From an uncultured Clostridia bacterium (lineage in GTDB: Bacteria > Bacillota > Clostridia > TANB77 > CAG-508), in the NCBI GenBank assembly GCA_949443285.1, contig CASSLW010000005.1, positions 19,588 through 83,587 of the forward strand: a DNA stretch of 64,000 nt. Reading direction: 5' to 3'. The notes beneath the pieces are model-generated. The model was not told the DNA's origin, did no database searches, and worked only from the letters and a program-made list of their open reading frames with translations. The translations under genes were made by a program, and so were the position numbers. Of the stretch, positions 9,954 through 21,400 are shown piece after piece (position 1 is the stretch's first letter; each line of letters begins with the position of its first letter).

Positions 9954-10301
9954 TTATCTTGTTATCATTTTAAATGATACATAAAATAGAAAAACTGTAA
10001 ATGCAATTTTAAGTACTTTTTTTGGTAATTTCTTTAATAGTTTTGCTCCTATATACCCACCAATTGCGCCTCCTATGGCGCATAATATTGATATTTTCCA
10101 GTCTATGTAATTTCCTTTGTAATAGAAAAAACTACTAGTTATTACCATTGGCAATATGCAAAATATTGATGTTCCCCTTGCCTTGCTTTCATCTTCTTTT
10201 AATAAATATACCATGGCAGGAACTAGTATCATTCCACCACCTGTTGAGAATAGTCCACATATAATTCCAGCTAAACTTCCTATCATCGCTTTTTTTACCA
10301 T
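9954..10301 (-). CDS. TauE/SafE (TSUP) family transporter, N-terminal 4-TM half
   Basis: IGSLAGIICGLFSTGGGMILVPAMVYLL. Confidence 0.65.
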   Translation of the reverse strand: MVKKAMIGSLAGIICGLFSTGGGMILVPAMVYLLKEDESKARGTSIFCILPMVITSSFFYYKGNYIDWKISILCAIGGAIGGYIGAKLLKKLPKKVLKIAFTVFLFYVSFKMITR

Positions 10302-10420
10302 TAAAATTAATCTTGTTTATATGTTACAAGATTTTACCTCCTTACAATTAATAAAAACCTACTTTCTATTAGTAGGTTTTCCATTTTTTTATTTTTTATC
10401 CAATTTTATTTTTATAAGAT

Positions 10421-10470
10421 GTGTCCCAAAGTGGACAAAATGTCCAAAAGGAAATGTCCCCAAATGTCCC
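10421..10470. repeat. 50-nt GTCCCC repeat subfamily (copy D), starting at the rarA stop codon
   Basis: gtgtcccaaagtggacaaaatgtccaaaaggaaatgtccccaaatgtccc. Confidence 0.75.
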
Positions 10471-11706
10471 TAGTCGAAATTGTAGTATTTTGTTCCTAAC
10501 ATTTTGTCTGGTAAATATTGTTGTTCTACATAGTGACCTGGGAAGTCGTGTGGATATAAGTATCCTTCGTTATATCCTAATTCTCTCATTTTTTCTACTG
10601 GCGCATTTCTTATATGCATTGGAATTTCTCCTGTGTCTTTGTTCTTTACGTCTGCTAATGCTGCATCTATTGCTAAGTATGCTGCATTTGATTTTTTTGA
10701 TGTTGCTACATATATTGCTGCTTCTGATAGTATTATTCTTGCTTCTGGCATTCCTATCATATGGATTGCTTGCATTGCGCTATTTGCAACTACTAATGCG
10801 TTTGGGTTTGCCATTCCAACATCTTCTGCTGCACATATAGCAATCCTTCTTGCTAAAAACATTGGGTCTTCTCCACCGTTTAGTGCTCTTGCTAGGTAAA
10901 AGACTGTTGCATCTGGGTCTGAGCCACGCATTGATTTTATGAATGCACTTATGTTGTCATAGTGTACTTCTCCGTTTTTGTCAAATATTGCTTTTCTAGT
11001 TTGGATACTATTCTTTATTACTTCGTCTGTTATGTGGATATATCCGTCTTCGCTCATTGCTGTTGTTAGTGTTGCTACTTCTAGTCCATTTAGTGCTGTT
11101 CTTACATCTCCATTTGATATCGCTGCTAATTTCTTTAATGTTGATTCTTCTATTTTTATGTTATATTCTCCGTAATCCGTCTTTTCTTTCTAACGCATTT
11201 TTTAATATTTGATAAATATTTTCTTCTGTTAATGGTTCTAGTTTTATTACCATTGACCTAGATATTAAAGCTTTGTTTACTTCAAAGTATGGATTTTCGG
11301 TTGTCGCACCTATCAGTATTACTGTTCCGTTTTCTACAAATGGTAGTAATGCATCTTGTTGTAATTTGTTAAATCTATGGATTTCGTCTATAAATAATAT
11401 ACTTTTTCCAGCAGGATTTAGCATAAAGTTCTTTGTTTCTTCTACTACTTTTTTGATGTCTGCAACTCCTGATGTTACTGCATTTATTTTGTAAAATTTA
11501 TATTTTGTTGCTTCACTAATAACCCTTGCTAGTGATGTTTTCCCACAGCCGGGTGGTCCGAATAATATTATGCTAGATAATCTATCTGCTTTTATTGTTC
11601 TATACAATATTTTGTCTTTGCCTAATACGTGCTCTTGCCCAACATATTCTTCTAATGTTTTTGGTCTTACACGAAACGCTAATGGCTCGTTTGAGTTCAT
11701 ATTCAT
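10470..11706 (-). CDS. rarA: replication-associated recombination protein A (AAA+), interrupted at an in-frame CGG-A (11170-11172); reads through as 411 aa with a +1 shift
   Basis: N-part [22 protein letters not shown]; C-part [37 protein letters not shown]. The two parts are in frames related by +1. Confidence 0.85.
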
Positions 11707-11719
11707 CCCTCTTTTTGCT

Positions 11720-12343
11720 TTATCTTCCTAATAATTTTAATCCTATTTTGATTAGTTCTTCTGTTGTTTTGTCTTGAATTTCTGCTTTTTCAAATGCCTT
11801 GTCTATTTCTTTTTTGTTGTATCCTAATACTTGTAATGCTGCTGTTGCTTCTTCTATTTTGTCACTATTTTCTATTGCTTTTTGTAGTTTTGTTGGCTCT
11901 TTATTTTCTATTTGATTTTTTATTGCTTCTACTTGTTGCTCTTTTTTCATCTTGTCTTTTAATTCTAAAATTATCCTTTTTGCTGATTTTGGTCCTATTC
12001 CTGGAATTCCAGTTAGTGTTTTTACATCTTCTGCAATTACTGCTAACGCAAATTCTGATGGTTCACATACTGCAAGCATTGCTAGTGCTGTCTTAGCTCC
12101 AACTCCGCTTACTCCAAGTAATAGTTCAAACATTTTTAGTTCCTCTAATGTATTAAACCCATATATGCTGATGTCGTCTTCTCTTACTCTGTAATATGTA
12201 TGTACTTTTACGTTTTCACCTATATTTCCTAATTTTTCTATTCCAACTTCTGACATGAATATTTTGTATCCTAATCCACCTACGTCAATTACTACATATT
12301 CTGTCATTTTCATTTCTAGTATTCCTTTTATATATGCAAGCAT
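11720..12343 (-). CDS. ruvA: Holliday junction branch migration complex subunit RuvA
   Basis: MLAYIKGILE...GVSGVGAKTALAML...IPGIGPKSAKRIILELKDK. The start at 12341-12343 has AAGGAGAG upstream; the track ORF extends into a repeat. Confidence 0.9.
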   Translation of the reverse strand: MLAYIKGILEMKMTEYVVIDVGGLGYKIFMSEVGIEKLGNIGENVKVHTYYRVREDDISIYGFNTLEELKMFELLLGVSGVGAKTALAMLAVCEPSEFALAVIAEDVKTLTGIPGIGPKSAKRIILELKDKMKKEQQVEAIKNQIENKEPTKLQKAIENSDKIEEATAALQVLGYNKKEIDKAFEKAEIQDKTTEELIKIGLKLLGR

Positions 12344-12379
12344 TTTTTCTCTCCTTGTTACTCTTTTGATTTTAAAGAT

Positions 12380-12429
12380 GTGTCCCAAGTTGGACAAAAT
12401 GTCCAAAAGGAAACGTCCCCAAATGTCCC
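12380..12429. repeat. 50-nt GTCCCC repeat subfamily (copy E), immediately after the stop of the HD gene
   Basis: gtgtcccaagttggacaaaatgtccaaaaggaaacgtccccaaatgtccc. Confidence 0.75.
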
Positions 12430-12984
12430 TTATGTGTTGTAGAAGTATGTTGCTTCTAAGTCTGCTTCATGTGTAAGCAATGCGATTGGGTATTTTGTGT
12501 AACTTGCTCCTATTGCGTTGTAGTTTTCTTTTGGTTCTGTATATCCCATATGCCAACGGATTGAGTATTTTTCTTCTGGTGTTAATTTTAGGTATTCTGT
12601 TATCATCATTACTGATTTTTCTCCATGTCCATATGGTATTGTGTCGTCCACTGTGTAGTATGGTACTTTTTCCCATACTCCCAGTGCATTTTTTGCGTTT
12701 CTGTAGTCTACTTTGTAGAAGTTTGTTTTGCATATGTCGTGTAATAATCCTATTAGTATTATTGATTCTTCTGGGATGTTTATGTCCATTATGCAGTTTT
12801 CTACTTTGTGTTTTAGTATTTCATATACTTTTATGCTGTGTGCTACTAGCCCACCTTCTACGTTTCCGTGAAATCTTGTGCTTGCTGGGGCTATGAAGAA
12901 GTCTGATTTTTCTAAGAATTGTATTAGTTCTTCTATTCCTTCTCTTTTTACTTTTCTTAATATTTCTAAAAATTGTTCTTTCAT
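12430..12984 (-). CDS. HD-domain phosphohydrolase
   Basis: HSIKVYEIL..LLHDICK..HGEKS motifs. Confidence 0.7.
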   Translation of the reverse strand: MKEQFLEILRKVKREGIEELIQFLEKSDFFIAPASTRFHGNVEGGLVAHSIKVYEILKHKVENCIMDINIPEESIILIGLLHDICKTNFYKVDYRNAKNALGVWEKVPYYTVDDTIPYGHGEKSVMMITEYLKLTPEEKYSIRWHMGYTEPKENYNAIGASYTKYPIALLTHEADLEATYFYNT

Positions 12985-13066
12985 TTTTTATCACCTATTC
13001 TATTTTTTATTTTACTTGCTCATTATATCTAGTTTGTTTTGAAAAGTCAATTGATAATTTCTATAC

Positions 13067-13924
13067 TCATTCATCTAACATTAATTTTGTGTTTTTATCT
13101 TTTAATTTCTTTAATTGTTCTTTTTCAACTTGTTTAATACTTTTTTGTGGTCTTGGTAAATTTTCGGGCATAGTTCCTCCAATATCTTCTATTGCTTTCC
13201 TAACCTTTGTCCCTACCTCATAATATGTTGCTGTTGCTTTATTACAACCATATATCTTATCTTTTTTCAATTTTTCTTCTGTTTGTGAAATTCTAAATAA
13301 GTTAGCGATTAATTCTGTACTTCCCATAAAATCAAGTATCTTTTCATTTTCTTTTAGCTGTTTCTTTTTATGTATATCATCTACTGTTAATCCACCATAT
13401 AATCCCATATATCCTGCATTTTGAAACTCTGCATATTCTTGATTTGTTATTACTCCTGCATTGTGTGCTGCTTCTAATAGCATTTGGTTCCATTGTTTTA
13501 TGTCGCCGCGAATAACTAATCTTTTATTGTTTTCATCTAACTGATTGAAATAGTCTGCTACTTCTTGTCTACGTGTTTGTATTGCAAAATACGTTTGACC
13601 AAGTGCTATTACTTCTTTTCTCGGATCTCCATTTTGCACTATTAAATAACAAGCATATCTTGACAATTCATAATCTAATAACTCTCTTGTTGTATTACTG
13701 CCTATCTCAACCATTTTCCTGACCTCAGGAAAATGGTTCAATATTTCATGTCCGCTATTCTTACATGCTAATTTTGCTCTATCAATTACTTTATCAAAAT
13801 TTTCCCACTTCTTATATTGTAAAACTGCACATAATTCTCTTGCAGCCCAATATTCTGTTCCATCATTTCTTACTTTCTTTATAGCTTCAAAGTTTTTATA
13901 TTCTTGTGCTTGTAAATCACTCAT
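13067..13924 (-). CDS. dinD: DNA damage-inducible protein D
   Basis: Long collinear similarity to E. coli DinD as recalled: WAARELC..ACKNSGH..HFPEV..VEIGSN..LSRYACYLIVQNGDPRKEVIALGQTYFAIQTRRQE. Confidence 0.8.
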   Translation of the reverse strand: MSDLQAQEYKNFEAIKKVRNDGTEYWAARELCAVLQYKKWENFDKVIDRAKLACKNSGHEILNHFPEVRKMVEIGSNTTRELLDYELSRYACYLIVQNGDPRKEVIALGQTYFAIQTRRQEVADYFNQLDENNKRLVIRGDIKQWNQMLLEAAHNAGVITNQEYAEFQNAGYMGLYGGLTVDDIHKKKQLKENEKILDFMGSTELIANLFRISQTEEKLKKDKIYGCNKATATYYEVGTKVRKAIEDIGGTMPENLPRPQKSIKQVEKEQLKKLKDKNTKLMLDE

Positions 13925-14066
13925 ATTATCAACTCCAATTTTTCATTTGTACCATTGTATCAAACATCTGTTTATTTTGCAAGTGTTTATAATAAAAAAA
14001 TAATTAAAGTTGTATTATAAAATTTTATATGATATATTTAAGAAAAGAACAAAAAGGGGGATAAAA

Positions 14067-14648
14067 ATGAATATAGGTATAGACATAGATGATACAATAT
14101 CAGAAACATATGAAGCATTTTTTACATATGCACAAAAATACATATTAGAAGATTTGAAAAAAAACATAGAGATATCAGACAATGGAAAAATTGAACATTC
14201 ATATCATTATGCAGATATGACAAAACTATCACAAGAAGAAAATACACAATTTCTACAAAAATATTTGGTGCCAGTATTTAATGAAACAAAACCTAAAGCA
14301 TTAGCAGATACGTATATAAACAAATTACAAGAGGACGGAAATAAAATAATTATAATAACATCAAGAAGAGAAAAGTATCGAGATTTAACACAAAATTGGC
14401 TTAAAGAATACCATATAAATTATGACAAATTAATTATGAGTTGTGACAATAAAAAAGAAGCCATAGAAGAAAATAATATAGATATATTTATAGATGACAA
14501 TTTGAATTTTTGTAAGGAAGCCTTGAACAATGATAGAAAAGTATTTATGATGGATACAAGGCCGAACAGAAACTTAGAATTACCAACAAATATAAAAAGA
14601 GTGTTTTCATGGGCTCATTTTTATAACGAAAGTAGGAGATACATATGA
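14067..14648 (+). CDS. HAD-superfamily 5'(3')-deoxyribonucleotidase-like protein
   Basis: MNIGIDIDDT (DxDxT motif). The start at 14067 follows AAGGGGGA. Confidence 0.6.
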   Translation: MNIGIDIDDTISETYEAFFTYAQKYILEDLKKNIEISDNGKIEHSYHYADMTKLSQEENTQFLQKYLVPVFNETKPKALADTYINKLQEDGNKIIIITSRREKYRDLTQNWLKEYHINYDKLIMSCDNKKEAIEENNIDIFIDDNLNFCKEALNNDRKVFMMDTRPNRNLELPTNIKRVFSWAHFYNESRRYI

Positions 14649-15340
14649 AAATAATAAAAAAGATATTACTAATAATATTAATATTAGCACTACTAGCAGG
14701 AACATTCGCATTTCTAATAGGATTTGGATATTACTCAAGCGTGTTAAAAGAAAAGCCACTAACAGAACGAGTAGAAGCAATAACTAGTAAAGAACATTTC
14801 ACCCCATATGACCAATTACCTAGAGACTATATAAACGCAGTTGTCGCAGTAGAAGACCACAGATATTATGACCACGGTCCAATTGACCCAATAGGGATTG
14901 CAAGAGCTATGTACACAAATATACGTGATAAAGAATTTGATGAAGGAGGCAGCACTATTACACAACAAGTTTCCAAAAATATAATTTTTAATCAAGATAA
15001 AACTTTAATTAGAAAACTTGGAGAATTCTTTGGAGCTTTTGATTTAGAGAAAAATTATTCCAAACAAGAAATCCTTGCATTATATGTCAATTCTTCATAT
15101 TTCGGTGATGGCTATTATTGCATTTATGATGCAAGTATGGGCTATTACAACAAAGAACCAAAAGACTTGACTTTAGCTGAAGCTGCTATGCTTGCTGGTG
15201 TTCCCAATGCGCCCTCTGTTTATGCTCCAACAGTTAATATGAAACTCGCTAAAAAAAGACAAGCTCATGTTTTAAACAAAATGATTGAATATGGATATAT
15301 TACTGAAAAAGAAGCCAATTCCGCAAAATACGATTCTTAA
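14645..15340 (+). CDS. monofunctional peptidoglycan glycosyltransferase (GT51)
   Basis: AVVAVEDHRYYDHGPIDPIGIARA and GGSTITQQVSKN, with an N-terminal TM anchor. Confidence 0.8.
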   Translation: MKIIKKILLIILILALLAGTFAFLIGFGYYSSVLKEKPLTERVEAITSKEHFTPYDQLPRDYINAVVAVEDHRYYDHGPIDPIGIARAMYTNIRDKEFDEGGSTITQQVSKNIIFNQDKTLIRKLGEFFGAFDLEKNYSKQEILALYVNSSYFGDGYYCIYDASMGYYNKEPKDLTLAEAAMLAGVPNAPSVYAPTVNMKLAKKRQAHVLNKMIEYGYITEKEANSAKYDS

Positions 15341-15344
15341 AGGA

Positions 15345-15469
15345 GTGTCCCCTTTGGCAAAAAATTGCCAACAGGGACGGAGGAAAATGGCAAAAAATTG
15401 CCAACAGGGACGGAGGAAAATGGCAAAAAATTGCCAAAAAGGTCCGTCCCCTTTGGCAATTTTTTTACA
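15345..15469. repeat. GTCCCC-core repeat array (copy F) with three 33-bp tandem units
   Basis: tggcaaaaaattgccaacagggacggaggaaaa starts at 15355, 15388 and 15421. It is flanked by direct gtcccctttggcaa. Confidence 0.8.
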
Positions 15470-18400
15470 TTATAACTTTAACATTATAAACATTTCTTCC
15501 ACCGTCAAGCTTAATACTATTATCAGCATCTGCACCATTTACAACAACTTTGCTTACACCAGTTGATTTTCCTTCTGGATTTTCTACTCTAATATTATAA
15601 ATACTATCTTTCCACTTGTACTGAATTTGATATTCCTTCCAGTATTTCGGAATGCAAGGTTCAATTTTCATATAACCATTTTCTATTTTTAGTCCTAAGA
15701 TGTTTTCTATTCCAGCCTTATAATACCAGCTACTAGAGCCTGTATACCAAGTCCAACCTCCACGGCCGCCTAGGTTGCCAGCGCCGTAGATGTCTGCTGC
15801 AATTGTGTATGGTTCTACTTTGTATTTTTTGCTTGCTTCTTTGGTTCTGCTGTGCTCTATTGGGCTTATCATTCTGTATAGTTCTAGCGCTTTGTCTCCA
15901 AATCCAAGTATGCTCATTGCGATTATTACCCAACAGCTAGCATGAGTGTATTGGCCGCCGTTTTCTCTAACTCCTGGTAGATATGCTTTTATATATCCGG
16001 GTTCTAGTTTTCCTTTTTCAAATGGTGGGTCTAATAGTTTGATTATTCCGTTTTCTTTGTCTACTAGGTGATTTTCTAAGCTTTCCATTGATATATATTT
16101 TTTGTCATTGTCTCCTGCGCCTGATATGATACTCCAACTTTGGGCTATGCTGTCTATTCTGCATTCGTCATTTTCCATACTTCCCAAGATGTTTCCGTCG
16201 TCCATAAATGCTCTTTTGTACCACCTGCCGTCCCAGCCATTGCTGTTTAAGGCTTTTTTCAAGTTCATTTTGATTTCGCTATATTTTTGTACTCTTTCGG
16301 AGTCAGCCTTTTCTTCACATATTGGTATAAATTTTTCTAAAATTAAATATAAGAAAAATCCTAGCCATACACTTTCTCCACGGCCTTTGTTTCCAACTGT
16401 GCTAAATCCGTCGTTCCAGTCTCCTGAGCCTATTTTAGGTAGTCCGTTTTCGCCAAAGTTTAAGCTTCTTTCTATTGCTTTTACACAATGTTCATAAATA
16501 CTCTCTTCATACGTGCTTTTTTCATATTTATCATATCTTTCATCTTGATTTTCTTGCAATTCTTCTCCTTGCAAATATGGTGTTTGTATTTCCAATATGC
16601 TTTTATCTCCTGTAAATTCAATATATTCTAAAGTTACATACACAAGCCACAATAAATCGTCTGAAAATCTAGTTCTAATTCCCCTTCCATTTTCATCATG
16701 CCACCAGTGCTCAACATCTCCTTCTTTAAATTGATGTTCACTATGCTTTATTATTTGATTTTTCATAATATCGCTGTCCAAATATTTCAAGCCCAAAGTG
16801 TCTTGCAATTGATCTCTAAATCCATATGCTCCACCAGATTGATAATATCCGCTTCTTCCATATATTCTACTTGCCAAAGTTTGATAACTTACCCAGCCGT
16901 TTAAAAGGATATTCGCAGATTCTAGTGGTGTATAAACTTGTAACCTTCCGCAAAATATCTTTCCACCAATTTTTGCACTTAGTCAATTCTTGTTTGCAAT
17001 TTGTTATTTTGCTAAATTTGTATGCTGTGTTTTTACAGTCCATCAAATTTTCTTCTGCGCCTAAAACAATTGAAATATCCTGACTTGCATAACTTTCCAA
17101 TTCAATTTCTACTTCATATGCAATACAAGATTTTTTACCTAATCCACTGTCATTATTTAGCCTTATTTTTCTTATTCCTTGTGGGTCAGAAATTCCGCCA
17201 TTTCCCAAGAAGAAGTTTTTATCACCTGTATATGAATTGATTTTCTCACTGCAAGATACATAAACCATATTTCCTAAATCTTCTGTCTTATACAAATTTT
17301 TTGCATATATTATATTGTTATTAATATCTAAATTTGCTTTTATATATTGATTTGTCTTTATTTCATCTTCGCCTAAAACTGGTTTTATATAATAATACAA
17401 TTTTAACTTTTTCCTATTAGGAGTTGTATTCTTCAATGTCAAAATGCTTATTTTGCAAGAATCCTCTCTTGGCACAAATACTTCAAGTTCTTGCTCAATT
17501 CCGTCACTTTTGTGAATATATTTGCAATAACCAAAACCATAAACAACATTATAATTATTATTATCTGGCATAGGATTTAATCCCAGTGACCACGCCTTTT
17601 TATTTTCCATATTTTTAAGATAAATTACCTCACTTGGAATGTCGTAGCTTGGGTTATTTTCCCAACTTGATACTCTATTTAGCCTGCTGTTTTTATACCA
17701 CGTATATCCACCCATATTTTCTGTTACAATACTACCAAATTTTTCATTTGCTAAAATATGGCTCCACACAGTTGGCAGTCTTTCTCTTTTATTTACCTTA
17801 ATCAAATACTCTTTGCCGTCTTCAGAAAATCCGCCATACTCGTTATAATATTTTAGTTTCTCTTTATTTTCTAAAATGTTTATATCATCATTTCCTTCTT
17901 CTAATAGCCCAACTCTTGCCTCGTCTTCCCCTATCTCATTATATTTTTCCAAATATTCCTCTTCTAAATCGCAAATTGCATTTTTAAGTCCACCCTTGCT
18001 TCCGTCTATTTTTATTGAAGCTAGAAATTCAAGCAATTCTATATCTGGCTTAGCTATTTCTCCTTTTGATAAACTGAATATTCCTCCTTTTACATTTTTC
18101 AAATATGACATATGGTTATTTAAAATTGCGCCTTCAATTTCTTCTCTTACATAATTTTCGTAGCTATATTTTTCTTCATCTAAAATTACCAATTCTGTTT
18201 CTATATTTTTAGTTCTAAAATATTCATAGGCCTTTAGAACTTCTTTAATTACATAGCTTTCATTAACATCTTTTACCTTTAACAAAATTATTGGTAAATC
18301 TCCTGATATTCCATATTTCCATAGTTCACTTTGACGGTATTCCTGTTTTGAGTTTGACTTCATAAATGTGCTTTTTGCTGGATTATCAAAGATTATATAT

Positions 18401-21400
18401 GATAACATTTTTTGATAAATTTCTATTTCTTTTCCTTTTACCCTTAAATATCTACTTTCCGCTTCTACTCTAGCTTTTGAAACTTCAAATTCTGTTTTAA
18501 CATTTTCAGAAGATTGATATTTTTTGTTGTTTTCTTTTACCTTATCTAATTCTTCCCCAACACTTAAAACTAAATCTATAACAACTTCCTCATTAGGTTT
18601 AACTTTAACCGTTCTTTTCAATGCAACAATTGGCTCTGTTACTAAACCAATTTTTTTAGATAATGGAATTGAGTTTTTAACCATTATAGGTATTCCCAAA
18701 TTTCCCCTTCCAATGAACTTATCTTCGTTAATCTCGTACTCTAAATCCCCAATTGTTTCACTATTTGTGGATAAACTTACCGCCAAATACATTTCTTTGC
18801 AGTTTGCTTCTCTTTGTTTTCTTTTCACTATCAAACTTCCTGTTTCTTCATCAAAACTACTTATCAAAAATAGATTATTAAATGCTGGATGTGCATAATC
18901 TTGTTCTTTTTTTGATAGTACTGGCTCAAAGTATGATGTTATTTCTAAAATTTCTTCTTCATTACCATAGTTTTCTAAAATCATTCTTCTTAGCTCTACT
19001 GGCTCATTTGAGCTTACTGTTGTCTTTATTTTTGTTTTGATATTACCTTCTACAATTTCTTGTTCAATCTTATCTGGCATAAAACTTATTTGATAATTGC
19101 TTTCCTTTTTCTCATTAAAATTATAATTTGAGCTCCAAACTTGTTTTGTCTTTATATTTTTAACTGTAAAGAAAATTCCCTGTGGGTAGTCATCTGTTGG
19201 TTTAAATCTATTTATATAAATATCTTTGTATTTACTAACACCTTGCCCCTTTTGGTTTTGAGCAACCACATAATTTTCATTTGAAATTACATTTCCGGTG
19301 ATTAGTCTTTCATCAATATTTGTGTAAGTTGTTTGAATATAATTTTCATAATCTGTATATTTTAGTTTTTCTACCTTTTCTTTATTTTCCTTTGTAATTA
19401 TTGAAAATTCTGGCATTGTTTCTTGCAATAATATACTTACCGCTTCCATTTCTGGGTTTTCAATAAATCTTTTTTGCAAAATTTGATTATTAAATAAATT
19501 ATTTATTGATAGTAATATAAGTCCCTGATGATGTGCCATATACGTTTTAACAACACTAGATGTTTTACCTTTTTCTACCCTTTCTGGGGTATAATCTATT
19601 GACTCATAAAATCCAAACTTGTCATACATTCCTTCTTTTTCTAGTATTTTTAAATTGTCTATTTCATCTTCAGGAGTATCGCTAATTGCTAAAATCCCAC
19701 CATAACTTGATACTACCAATTCATCTGCAAGTCCACGTTTTAAGCCAAGCCACGGTATTCCAAATGCCTTATATTGATAGTTTGCTTTTAGGTCCTTTAC
19801 ATTAAATGCTGCTTCTGATATCCCCCAAGGAATATTTAGTTTTTTAGCATATTCCTTTTGGCTCATTATCATAAATTTGCAAGATTCATCTAATAAACTT
19901 CCTTCATATTTTGGAATATTGATATTTGGCATTAAATACTCAAATGCTGTTCCTGACCACGAAATTAATCCCTTATATTTTCCAAGTGTTGTCAATGTTC
20001 TACTCAAGTGGTTCCAGTGTTTTGCTGGCACATCTTTTTTTGCTATTGCAACCAAACTTGCCTGTCTTGCTTCTGAGGCTAATAAATCATAATATGAGTC
20101 TGTTAATTTATTTTCTTCTATATTAAATCCAATTGAAAATATTTGTTGCTCGTAATTATAAAGAACGGAAAAGTCTGTATTTTCAATCATTTTATCTACT
20201 ATCTCTGCTAATTCATTTTCCTTCACTTCTTGTAAAAAGGTTTTTACAACATACAAATACCCCACAAAATTTCCGCTATCAACTGTTGAAATATATCGTG
20301 GTATCAATGGTTCCTTTGTTCTTATTTGATACCAATTGTATAAATGCCCATTCCATTTTTGCAAGCTATCAACTGAATAAATTATATTTTTTAATAATTC
20401 AATTGCTTTTTCCTTTTTTATATATTGCAAATCATATGCTGATATTACTGCAAGCATTGATAATCCTATATTTGTAGATGATGTTCGTGGTACTATTTTT
20501 TCTCTTCTATCTTCTTGATAGTTATCTGGAATTAAAAAATTGTTTTCCTTTGTTAAGTAAGTCTCAAAAAAGTTCCAAGTCTTTTTTCCAATTTCTCTTA
20601 CAAATTCTTTTTCTTCTTTATCTAATCTTTCTATTGCAGTAATTTTATTTAACTCTCTACTTACATACCACATTACAAATGGAGTAAATGTCCACCAAAA
20701 TCCCAAAATAGTTAGTGTTACGCTGTATTTTGCTATTCCTATTCCAATTGAAATTAGTCCAATTAAAACATTTATTGCCATTTGGTTATAATATGATGAT
20801 ATACTTGATTTTGCTTGTTTTTCTGCTTCTTCTGATGTCATCCATTCTAACAAATGCTTTTTAGAAATATGCTTTCTATATGAAGTTTTTACAATAGCTT
20901 TACCTGACATATATGCCTTATAAGGCAAACATCCTAAGGTTAAAACTGCTCTTAAAAAAGTTCCTTTAAACCCTGAAATTTTAGGAGTAAAATTCTTTTG
21001 TTTTTGTTCTCCTTCTTTTTTGAAAATCAGCATATTCAAAAGCTCTAATAAAAATGGAAAAATTGCGACTACTATCAAACATAGAATTATCCCTGTAAAT
21101 CTTTTTCCATTTAATATTCCCACAAGAGTTGCATATATCCCTGCTATAACTATACTTGCTTCTAATAAACTTCTTCTTAAATTATCAAATATCTTGTATT
21201 TAGAAAGTAAATTTAATGGGCTGTTCTTTCTAAGCCATGAAGTTATTTGCCAATCTCCCCTTATCCACCTATATAGCCTATTCATAAAGCTGTTGTATTT
21301 AGTTGGATATCCGTCCATAAGTAAAATATCTGAAACTAATCCGCAACGAAGATAACATCCTTCTAATAAATCGTGGCTAAGCACAGTATTTTCTGGAATT

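Noticed and set aside
10470-11706. Treating rarA, topB, udg, the ATPase, the permease, gltD-like, the DUF4143 ATPase and the glucan synthase as ordinary decaying pseudogenes.
   Set aside because: All 11 lesions are the identical single-base pattern at an in-frame CGG-A. There are no other nonsense or frameshift lesions, and operon partners are intact. I keep open the alternative of a systematic sequencing or polishing artefact and flag it for a read-level check.
12467-12733. Same-strand alternative-frame ORFs inside real genes (12467-12733, 15733-15933, 27001-27183, 27235-27456, 41194-41376, 54848-55042, 56637-57427).
   Set aside because: They are embedded in genes with clear homology in another frame. 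Their products are Arg/Lys/Asn-rich with no RBS or motifs.
15345-15469. A possible CRISPR array, because of the regularly spaced 33-bp repeats.
   Set aside because: The repeats are directly tandem with no unique spacers. Only three units are present, there are no cas genes, and the units belong to the GTCCCC hairpin family.
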